DNA of 64,000 nucleotides. Source: Octopus sinensis. Lineage: Eukaryota. Position 1 is the first letter of the stretch. Every line of letters begins with the position of its first letter. Positions 26,841 to 37,182 of the stretch are shown here, piece after piece. The notes beneath the pieces are model-generated. The model searched no databases. It was given only the letters and a program-made list of their open reading frames with translations, and was not told the origin of the DNA. The stretch spans positions 13,950,001 to 14,014,000 of the forward strand of contig NC_043007.1 of the NCBI RefSeq assembly GCF_006345805.1, written 5' to 3'. A program made the translations under genes and the position numbers.

Positions 26841-27307
26841 ATTGATGGAGGAAACAGAAGATAAATTTAGCGCTAGTTTTTATTCAGTACAACGATTGTT
26901 TCGACTCGTTCTGCAACTGTCCGTTATGGGTAGGATTTTGTGCATCTGTGTTGCATCAGTTTGTGCAGTTTGGGTCACATCCAGGTGTTGAAATGATCAT
27001 CGTTCTGAATAAAGACAGGTGCTAAATCTATATTCCATTTCCTTCACCTGTTATTATCATTATCTCAACTAACACTATACAATTCCTGAGGTAGATCCAG
27101 CGGGAATATACCCCAACCATGAAAGAAAAAACCAGGTACTGGCTCTGTCTGTGGGGAATCCAGCTAACTGGTGCCGATGTGGAAAACTAATGTAGAATTA
27201 TAATGACGGATGTGTTTGTATGTACGTGTATATGCAGATGTGTGTGTACAGATGTATGAGGTATTGTGAGGGATTTGTGTTTTCAATGTTGACCTCTTTT
27301 ACTTTCC

Positions 27308-27653
27308 CAACTACATGGTTCCTGGTTCAGTCCCACTGTGTGGCACCTTGACCAAGTGTCTTCTACTATAGCCTCAGGCTGACCAAATCCTTGTGAGTGG
27401 ATTTGGTAGACAAAAACTAAAAGAAGCCTGTTGTATGGTGTGTGTGTGTATATATATATAGATATATAAGTTTGTGTCTGTGTTTGTCCCCCACCATGTT
27501 GGTGTGTTTATGTCCCCGTAACTTAGCGGTTCAGCAAAAATGACCTATAGAATAAGTACCAGTCTTGCAAAGAATAAGTTCTGGTGTCAATTTGTCCGAC
27601 TAAAGGCGGTGCTCCAGCATGGGCACAGTCAAATGCCTGAAACAAACAAAAGA
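27308..27653 (+). mobile_element. Family B SINE
   Basis: GGTTCAGTCCCACTG...CACCTTGACCAAGTGTCTTCTACTATAGCC...GGCGGTGCTCCAGCATGG. Confidence 0.85.
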
Positions 27654-28069
27654 ATATATATACACACACACACATATATATATATATATACACATCTATG
27701 TATGTTTACGTGTGTGTGTGTGTATATAGTGTATATCTCAATGAGGTTGGTGCCATGCTGTAGTTCGGATTTGTCAGGAATGGTTGTAGGTTCTGAGTTA
27801 TTGCTTGTTTCTCAGAGTAGACATCTTTAGGAGATTCTATGTCAGGCTTCTGGTCGTTTTAATTATTTATTTCAAACTGAACATAAGGTTAGAAGGAGAC
27901 TGGCCACAATGCTAGAAAACAGCATCACATCTGTCGTCGCCGACGACACCGCCACCGATCAATAATTGGATGGTGGCGCCATCTATGAATAGTTCTTAAT
28001 TTATTTCAACTGAGAAAATTCTTCGCTCTCCTTAGTCTGTTTCTCTTTTACCCCCCTCCCCCGGCTCTC

Positions 28070-28104
<35 letters not shown>

Positions 28105-28998
28105 CTCCCACACTTAAGCACTTTTAAAAAAAAAATTTTACCAAAAGCTTAGTGAATGTCTTATGTTACTACTACTACTTCTGCTACTGCTGCTACTACT
28201 ACTACTACTACTACTGGAAATATTAAAACTGTCTTTTGATGCCAGGCTCCTCTGTCCCCCTCTTCCTTCAAGTTTGGGGGGTGCCAGCCTACCTTGTCGG
28301 TTGCCATGTCTGGCTGGCTGGCTGGCTGGCCGGCTGGCTGGCCAGGCAGGCTGCTTTCTCTCCCGTTTTTTCCCATTTCGCCCATTCCCTTGCATCACTG
28401 GCCTGCTCCGTCCTTTGGCATCTACATGCAGCAGCAATGTTCCTGCTGCTTCTTGTATTTCTTTTATTTTAGAACCCTGCTGAATTTTATTATCAATATT
28501 ATTATTATTATTTTTTTTTTTTTGCAAAACTCTAGCTTTATGAGTCATTGTTCTTTTGGACCTTAGACACACTTATTTTCTTTATTTTTTTACTCTACAT
28601 GCCTTTCACATCTATTTATTTTTTCCCTTGCTTAACACACACACACACATACACACACACACACACATATACATGTGTGTGTATATATATGTGTGTAGTT
28701 CTTCCCTATAGCTAATTCCTTCCTTCCCTTTCTATCTCGGTTGTCTCCAGTTCTATCCTTGCTGTCTGTGGATATATAGACAATCTAATATTGATGCACA
28801 AAGAACAGGCGAAAAATATCCTCTACACCCTTCATTGGATCAAATTTTTTTCTGCCTTTTTATTCCCATTATTATTATCATATGTAAACCATTTTTTTAT
28901 ATACACGCACCAGCTTAACTGCAGTGTGTTGTTTGTAATTCTAGTCCATCTTTATTGTATATAATGTAGTAAAATGGAGTGAGACGTGTATTCATATC

Positions 28999-29029
<31 letters not shown>

Positions 29030-29030
29030 C

Positions 29031-29233
29031 TCTTTTACTCTTTTACTTGTTTCTGTCATTTGACTGCGGCCATGCTGGAGCACCGCCTTTAGTCGAGCAA
29101 ATCGACCCCGGGACTTATTCTTTTTGTAAGCCCAGTACTTATTCTATCGGTCTCTTTTTGCCGAACCGCTAAGTGACGGGGACGTAAACACACCAGCATC
29201 GGTTGTCAAGCAATGCTAGGGGGACAAACACAA

Positions 29234-29270
<37 letters not shown>

Positions 29271-29426
29271 CGACAGGCTTCTTTCAGTTTCCATCTACCA
29301 AATCCATTCACAAGGCATTGGTCGGCCCGGGGCTATAGTAGAAGACCAAGGTGCCACGCAGTGGGACTGAACCTGGAACAATGTGGTTGGTTAGCAAGCT
29401 ACTTACCACACAGCCACTCCTGCACC
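29031..29426 (-). mobile_element. Full-length family B SINE with internal CA/TA microsatellite
   Basis: Minus strand begins GGTGCAGGAGTGGCTGTGTGGTAAG (A box), has GGTTCAGTCCC (B box), and ends CAAATGACAGAAACAAGTAAAAGAG. Confidence 0.9.
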
Positions 29427-29644
29427 TATATACATATATATATATACACACATATATATTACACATATAGGGCAGAACTCCAAATTTCATTGAGTATTTA
29501 AGGAATCTTGACACTGTCTCCTCCCCGAAAGCCATAACCAATTTTAATGCAGATTTATCATAAACTAAGAATTAAAGATCATAGCTCAGATTCTTCAACA
29601 AAACCAAAATTACCAAAGCTATTACGACAACAATTATGATGATG

Positions 29645-29682
<38 letters not shown>

Positions 29683-29689
29683 CATCGTT

Positions 29690-29902
29690 TTTATTATAGG
29701 CACAAGGCCTGAAATTTTGGGCGTGGGGGCTAGTTCGATTATGTCAGCCCCAGTGTGTAACCGGTACTTATTTCTGTGACCGCCAAAAGGGGTGAAAGTG
29801 AAAGGCGACTTCTGTGGAATTTGAACCCAGAACATAAAGACGGATAAAATGCCACTAAGCATTTTGTTCTGTGTTCTAATGCCTCTGCCAGCTTACCACC
29901 TT
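29690..29902 (-). mobile_element. Family A SINE (subtype with GGCCTTGTGCC tail) flanked by (TAA)n
   Basis: Reverse head GCCAGCTTACCACC, core and tail GGCACAAGGCCTGAAATTTTGGG; TAA repeats on both sides. Confidence 0.8.
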
Positions 29903-30071
29903 AATAATAATAATAATAATGATAATAATAATAGTAATAGTAATCTTTTTAATTTAGGTACCAAAGCCACCAGTTTTGTGGATGCGGTTAGTCCTCAATA
30001 CCACTGACCCCATTATTTGACTGGTACAATATTTTATTTTTATGTAATTTATCTGTACATGTGTGTGTATG

Positions 30072-30107
<36 letters not shown>

Positions 30108-30241
30108 GGGGTTTGTATGATTGTGTATAGAGGTATATATATTATTCAAAGAAATTCCAACTCTGTTTTTTACATTTTATTTATATTCTTTATAATATTA
30201 ATGTAGAATATAGATTATATAGTATAAATAGTAAAATGAAA

Positions 30242-30274
<33 letters not shown>

Positions 30275-30405
30275 ACACACACACATTAATTATTGGTTGT
30301 TATTAACACTCTGAAAAAATAAATTATAAGATATTGTGAACAATAAGCTGAATATAAAATTCTATATACAGTTTCACTCTCTTTCTAGTCTAAGAGTTGC
30401 TTTTT

Positions 30406-30444
<39 letters not shown>

Positions 30445-30868
30445 CTTTCTAAATTAGGCTCATGGTCACAGAATTTAGGTGATGGAGTGGGGCAGTGTCT
30501 TTAATACCCCGCCTCTACTTAACAATTACTTCTATGAGTCCCTGATTGGTCAAAGGCAAGGTAAGACCTTAGCAGAGTCAAGTAGAATCATTTTCAAATT
30601 ATTTAAAAATTTTTGCAAAAGGGCAGCAATTTTAGGAAGAAGGATGGGGTCATTAAAATACAGTACCAGTCATGTACTGGGTTAATAACATCAGACCCCA
30701 GTATTTGACTAGTGCATTATTTTATTGACGAAAGACGAACTTGCACTGGATTTGAACTGAGAAGAAATGCCGCTAACCATTTTGTTTGATCACCATCATA
30801 ATAAATGTTGGTTTCAAATTTTGGCACAAGGCCTGCAGTTTGAGGAAGAGGTGGTTAATTGGTCTCAT

Positions 30869-31099
30869 GGCAGCGAACTGGCAGAATCGTTAGCACGCTG
30901 GGCGTAATGCTTTGCGGTATTTCGTCTGCCGTTATGTTCTGAGTTCAAATTCCGCCAAGGTCGACTTTGCCTTTCATCCTTTCGGGGTCGATAAATTAAG
31001 TACCAGTTATGCACTGGGGTCGATGTAATCGACTTAATCCGTTTGTCTGTCCTTGGTTGTCCTCTCTGTGTTTAGCCCCTTGTTGGTAGTAAAGAAATA
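30869..31099 (+). mobile_element. Full-length family A SINE with 8-bp TSD (one mismatch)
   Basis: tRNA-like head GGCAGCGAACTGGCAGAATCGTTAGC...GAGTTCAAATTCC. The core GTCGACTTTGCCTTTCATCCTTTCGGGGTCGATAAATTAAGTACCAG resembles, from memory, the Meta/Sauria-SINE central domain. Flanks are GGTCTCAT / GGTTTCAT. Confidence 0.9.
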
Positions 31100-31339
31100 G
31101 GTTTCATGGACCCTAGTGTTGGTATTCATTTTATTGACCCCCTGACCCCAAAGGATGAAAGGCAGTCAACCTCAGCAGGAATTGAATTCCGACAGTGAAG
31201 GCAGACAAAATGCCACTAAGAATTTTATTTCTAGCAAGGCAAAAAACGATTCTGGATTACCAATACTGACCAATGTTGACCAGTGTGTAAAACGTGCGTC
31301 TACACAGGATGTGTCCTTATCTTACAAGGACAAGATATT

Positions 31340-31569
31340 TTAACCGTTTTGATACCAACCCGGCCAAAACCGCCTCTGTCTCTGTAGTACAAATGTCTTG
31401 TTTTCATAAATTTTGAATTAAAATCTTCTACCAAACCTTAGTCACAATTTATGTTCCCAGTACTAGCTTAATGATAACTAAGTTCTTTTACTAAATTCTT
31501 TGTTATATTTAAAATAAATTGAATGAAACACAGAGCATCTCAAAATAAATACGGTAACGAAAGGGTTAA
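31340..31569 (+). mobile_element. piggyBac-like MITE (same family as 176-557)
   Basis: TTAACCGTTTTGATACC ... GTAACGAAAGGGTTAA, with TTAA at both ends. Confidence 0.85.
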
Positions 31570-31718
31570 TGGAGATGGGAGCCATTTTAGAATGTCTCAT
31601 CATACATTTAATGGGAGAGAGTTCTAGAATGATTTTGAAGAGTAAGCAAGACAAAGTAGGATGTATTTGGTGGGAAGAAACCAGTCATTTCTCACATATC
31701 AGCAAAATATAACAAACT

Positions 31719-31918
31719 TATTTCTTTATTGCCCACAAGGAGCTAAACAAAGAGGGGACAAACAAGGACAGACAAAGGAATTAAGTCGATTATATCGATC
31801 CCAGTGCGTAACTTATACTTATTTAATCGACCCCGGAAGGATGAAAGGCTAAGTCGACCTCGGCGGAATTTGAACTCAGAACGTAGCGGCAGACGAAATA
31901 CCATTAAGCATTTTGTCC
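31719..31918 (-). mobile_element. Family A SINE, reverse
   Basis: Reverse complement of the 30869 copy's B box, core and tail. Confidence 0.9.
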
Positions 31919-32519
31919 GAACTGACTTTCCAAAGATCCTGTTAGCATTTTGTTATTCTGCCCATCATCTTTTCTTCTACAGTGCAAAAGCTGTTAAAAT
32001 CAAAAGCATTTACTGTTGGCACCATAGGAATGTTATAAACTTCCAGGGGACCATGAAGTAATTCTTTTTTTTCTTTTTGGAACAGTGGCTCTCTAAATAT
32101 AAAGCTATAATTGATAGCATATAACTATTAGGTTTGAAAATCTTACAGATGTGGGCTGTGTCCCACAGGCAACCTTTGGCTTCTCCTGTCCGAGGGGTCT
32201 TTTTAACCCGATATCTACATGCTATTATTTCTAGCTTTATGAAGGTGGCGGCAGCTGACAGAAGCATTGCCGTGCCAGACAAAATACTTAAAGGTAATTC
32301 TTCCAGCTCTAAGTTCAAATGCCATGGAGATCGACTTTACCTTTTGTCCTTTTGGGGGTCGATAAAATAACAACCACTCAAGCTCTTGGGGTTGACATAA
32401 TCAATTTCCTCCCCCCTCAAAATTGCTGGCCTTGTGCCAAAATGGGAGAGAATAATTTATAGCTTTGTGCTTAGAGATCCACTCTTCCAAAAGAGAATTT
32501 AATATTTCAATGTTAGCAA

Positions 32520-32948
32520 GGCAGCGAGCTGGCAGAAACATTAGCACGCCGGGCAAAATGCTTAGTGGTATTTTGTCTGTCTTTACGTTCTGAGTTCAAA
32601 TTCCACCAAGGTCGACTTTGCCTTTCATCTTTTCGGGGTTGATAAATTAAGTACCAGTTGCATACTGGGGGTCAATCTAATCGACTGGTCCCCTCCCCAA
32701 AAATTTCGGGCTTTGTGCCTAAAGTAGAACAGGCGGTGAGCTGGCAGAAACATTAGCACACCGGGCGAAATGCTTAGTGGTATTTCGTCTGTCTTTGTGT
32801 TCTGAGTTCAAATTCCTCCAAGGCCAACTTTGCTTTTCATCCTTTCGGGGTCAATAAATTAAGTACCAGTTGCATACTGGGGTCAATCTAATCGACTGGC
32901 CTCCTCCCCCAAAATTTCAAACCTTTTGCCTGGAGTATTAAAAGAATA
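32520..32948 (+). mobile_element. Two head-to-tail family A SINEs
   Basis: Heads at ~32520 and 32732, both with the core and CCCCAAAATTTC tails. Confidence 0.9.
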
Positions 32949-33851
32949 TTTCAATGTTAGCAGTCCTTTGTCTTAAAGTGAGAGCATTTCAGTACTTCTG
33001 CCAACATAACAAGATCTCTCTCATTACCAAAGTTACATTTCTTAATGGAGTTTTTATTTTTATTTTATTTGTGCTTCTCTCCACCCCCACCCCTCCTCTT
33101 TTATTCACACTCTTTATTCTTGGTTTGTGTTAAAGTATGAAGAATCTTTCTTACATTCCATTTAGATAAGGTGATAGTTATATATACAATACACCACCCC
33201 AGATTATGTCATGTGAATGGGTGTGAACCCACTGACAATCTGCTGTTGGCTGCTGTCTCATCTCAGATACACCTGAGTCTTGGATCGGTTCAGTCAGATT
33301 TTGGAAAGTCACAAGATTCTTGGAGATACAAGGAAGTTCTTAAAGCCATCCTAATCAGCTTTTCACTAACCAAATAATTAGTGATGTTGGAACCTCAAAT
33401 ATTTAGTTTTTTGTTGTTTTTTTTTTATTTTTTCACAGAATTAGTTTTGATGTGTTTTGGGGGGTAACCAACTCTACCCCCCGCCCCCACATCAATCAGT
33501 TTTGCTGCAGTCTGTGTCACCGTTGTGACATACGTACATCTCAAAAGATCCAACAACCCAAATAACGTTAGGGGTTCTTTATATAAAGAACCCCTAACAT
33601 GTTATTCAGAGTTAGGTGTTAGGTATTGTATCTAATTGGGACCCTATTCTTGATCTCCCCCCACCTACATAATGTAACATGTAATGTCCTAAGATTTTTA
33701 GGGACTATAAAAACGTGCAGTTCTCATCTTCTTCGAAGTCAACAAACTGGATAAAGGTGAATTACTGACTGAACAAGTCGTAACAGCTACAAATCGGCAG
33801 AAGCTGCCATAAACAAGTTCCCTAAGGTTGTTCAATTTTAAAAGGATTTTT

Positions 33852-34266
33852 GGATCTTTTCGGTTTGAACGACAGTTTTTTTCTAGCGGTGTCATATGAA
33901 ATTGTCACCCATAATTATGACCCTAGTATCGATCTATTGCATTTCAATCTGGGTTAGGGTTAGGGGGAAGGGTATCTTTTTTTTCTTCACAAATGTAAAT
34001 AAACCTAATCTGTTTCTTAAACGAGGGACATATTCATACGGCACAGGATGTTTTTTTTTTACCTCAATAGACGTCATTGATTGGTTGAAATTGCAGAAAT
34101 TGAAGAAAAAAAACAACAAATATTTTACAAACTATAGAATTTTCTCAATAAAGCCAAGAGCAAAAGATGTTTTATAAACTCAATTCTACCAGTATATGAA
34201 GTTTAAAAAAGTGTTAAGTTACGTGGAAATTATTAAAAAAAACTGCCGTTCAAACCGAAAAGATCC
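33852..34266. mobile_element. Non-autonomous DNA transposon with ~30-bp TIRs and 8-bp TSD (Merlin-like)
   Basis: TIRs GGATCTTTTCGGTTTGAACG(A/G)CAGTTTTTTT; TSD GGATTTTT at 33844-33851 and 34267-34274. The superfamily is inferred from the GG termini plus the 8-bp TSD. Confidence 0.8.
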
Positions 34267-35040
34267 GGATTTTTAAATATTGTATAATTTTATTGGTTGA
34301 AAACTGTGTCTTCGATTTTTACGCACCAGTTTTTGACAACTTTCTCGGCTTTTATGGCACGGAAAAACGGGCGTTAAATGACAACGATGTTTCTAGTCGG
34401 CCCCTGTGTCCTACTAGTAGTAGCAGCAGCAGTATTTAATTTCTCTGCTATTATATTTAACTCCTTATTACCAACTAACCAGCTTAATTTCTACCTCAGT
34501 CTCAAATCACTTCGTATTAATTTAATTAAGACGAGTGTGTGTGTGTGTGTGTGTACATAAAACCTGCTTTTTTTTGTTACTTGCAACAGAACAAAAAGTA
34601 ATTGAAGGCTTCTTTCTGGAGAACGAGGATGATGTAGTGGCCTTCATACCGTTTCTCTATCATTTATTACTGTGCAGTAACACACGATCGCCTTTAAAGG
34701 GAGACAGGTAAATAAATGTGTATGAATCTCCGTAAAGTGGCTCAGCGTGGGAGCCTCTCACTCGGTCTGCTAGAAATAGCAGCCAAACTCAATTCCCATC
34801 CAGCCGGTACGAGAAAAAAACACAGGATATGACACTCTGCTATGTGCACCGTGCCTAGGGAAAAGTCGGGATGATCGTTGGATGGTAGATCAATAGGTCT
34901 ACTTCCATCACATCTGACCTGGTGTTTTTTTAACAATATAAGACGACTGTAGATGAAAACAACGGCGTGTCCGTCCGCCGTTTCATTGCAGGTGTCGAAA
35001 CCACGGCCCGGTTTCCATTCCGTTACCAATTTTTACATTC

Positions 35041-35436
35041 ACTAGCAGTATCGCCCGGCGTTTCTCGGGTTTGTTTCGACCCTTTAGAATTGGAATTTTT
35101 GAAAAGTAAAAATTTTGCATTATGTAGCTTGTTATTCTCCTTTAAGTGAACATTTTTCTGGTTGAAATACACCGAAAAATGGTAACACAGCAGGCAAAAA
35201 ATCGTAAAAAATAGGGATTTTCATAGAAAAAAAGCACCTTTTTGATGTAAATAATTTTTGGTATTAACATGGTCCGATTTGAATTTTATCTTCTACGGAA
35301 GGAAGAGCAAGCCTTCTATCATACTCTCAATTTTGGTCAACTTGTGTCGCAGGGTCTCGGAGGAGATAGTGTTAGTTGAAGGCTACCAAACCTGCCATAC
35401 ACAGACAACTTCAGCTTTATAGAGAGAGAGAGAGAT
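35041..35436 (+). mobile_element. Non-autonomous Helitron-like (HINE/Lep1-type) element
   Basis: 5' ACTAGCAGTATCGCCCGGCGTTTCTCGGG with a subterminal CCCG/CGGG hairpin; 3' ACAGACAACTTCAGCTTTATAGAGAG...AGAT; no TIRs. Confidence 0.6.
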
Positions 35437-36418
35437 TCGCATTTATAATTTTACTTCTTTGCATGTAATTGAAGCTCACCACTTCACATATGCAGTTTAA
35501 CACAAGGCGTTAATTAACGGATGAGAAAGAAGCAATTATCTCCGGCTGGTGATGCAAGGGCGATAACTCTTCTCGGTCCTAAGTTGCAGCAATATTTTTG
35601 CTCAGCTTCACAGCTGGTCGAGAGTCGGTGCGCGGAAATTATATTTGTAGTTTAATAATAAAAGCCATTGTCTTTCGTTATTATCGTCATTAGCATTGTG
35701 TATTTAAATTTCAATAATTATCAAAGATTTATTTTGTGATTAATCATCAACAAACAATGGTTCTCGGTTATTATATCTGTGTTTCCTGCAAAAAATAAGC
35801 TGTTTTCATGATGGCTGGCTTCTGCTGCTGGTTCTACATTTTTTGGTGTTCCCATCAGAATTTTAGGTTTATTGTCTTTTATTTATTTATTCTTTTAAAT
35901 GAGTGTTAACAAGGGAATCTTGTACGATTCGAATTATTTGGTCATTGTCTTTTTTTGAATTTTTGCAAGATTTTTTTTTTATATTTTTTTTTTTTGCATT
36001 ATTCTCCTTTCTCTGATAACATACAAAATCTCTATTAAGCTGCCTTTTTTTTTTTAAATATTTTTTGTCTGATTTTGTTAACAAATATCTTATGTATATT
36101 GGTAGCTGCATAGCTCTGGCAGCATGGCTCGGACTGTTTCTAGAGGGAGTTTTGTTTTCTATTCTCATGTGGCTGGTCATTGAGTGTTCTACCATTTACA
36201 CAGACATATTTCAGCTGATGCTGGAAACAGGGATTCAAGCCGACAAATAAAATGATGGCTGTAAATGTCAAGAAAATTAAACCTTTTTTACATTCCTTTT
36301 TTTTTTTTACATTCTTTAATAATGTAAATTGTTTTGTGAGCTTTATTCCCATTAAACTTATGCATTCCCATCTTACTGAATGTATGGTACAGTTTTAATC
36401 TGTTTGTTTCTATGAAGC

Positions 36419-36990
36419 TATTGGGTTGTCCGGAAAGTTTGTGCCGATTTATAGTAGCTTACTTTTCGACTTATTTTAGAACATGGTTCAGTCCATAAAA
36501 TAGGATTTGACTACACCTCCATTTAGAGCACAGTTTAAGCTATATTTCTGTGGAGGAAGGTTTATGTTCCAATAACCTGTGTTAATTCTGTAACCCTTTA
36601 AAGTGGAAGATAAGAAAGTTCATTTTTCGGCACTTGATGCTTTGAGAACCAGACAAAAATTGCTGTAGCTCGGCTGGGATGTGTTACCCCACCCTCCATA
36701 TTAACCAGATATTGCTCCTTCGGATTTCCACCTATTCAGGTCTCTGCAGAATAGTCTTAATTGTAAAAATTTCAATTCCTTGGATGATGTAAAAAGATAC
36801 CTTGATGAATTCTTTGCCATGAAACCACCTCGATTCTGGGAAGTGGGTATTTTCAAGTTGAAGGAAAGATGAAGACGCATAGTGCAATAAAATGGTTCAT
36901 ATTTGGTTGATTGAAAATGTAATGGGCAAGTATTTATTGACCTTTTTCTTTCCTTCAAAAATTGGCACAAACTTTCCGGACAACCCTATA
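36419..36990 (+). mobile_element. Internally deleted mariner transposon (transposase pseudogene)
   Basis: TA flanks; TIRs TTGGGTTGTCCGGAAAGTTTGTGCCGATTT / AAATTGGCACAAACTTTCCGGACAACCCTA. An N-terminal-like EDKKVH(F)RHLML segment is joined to RTRQKLL*LGWDVLPHPPY*PDIAPSDFHLFRSLQNSL (decayed YSPDLAPSD motif) with in-frame stops. Confidence 0.93.
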
Positions 36991-37182
36991 CTTTACTAAA
37001 TATGCTTTATACGCACTTTTGACAAGTTGTGGTGCACCTGAGCACTGTATACAATAATTTCATTATTATTATTATATCAACATAAAATATTATGTTTTTC
37101 CAGAATTTGTGTCGAATAAAAATGTGATGCTTTTTATTTATCCGTTTTATTTATTCTATTTTCTTTTTTCCTTTCTTTTCAG

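Noticed and set aside
29380-31000. tRNA genes
   Set aside because: The A/B-box sequences belong to SINE heads; no cloverleaf with acceptor stem and anticodon arm could be built.
34590-34707. Exon-like segment (AG...GTAAAT) open as EQKVIEGFFLENEDDVVAF...
   Set aside because: At 118 nt it would shift phase 1 to phase 2 and not fit the phase-1 terminal exon, and it has no resemblance to the BCL11 CCHC exon; RNA-seq would be needed.
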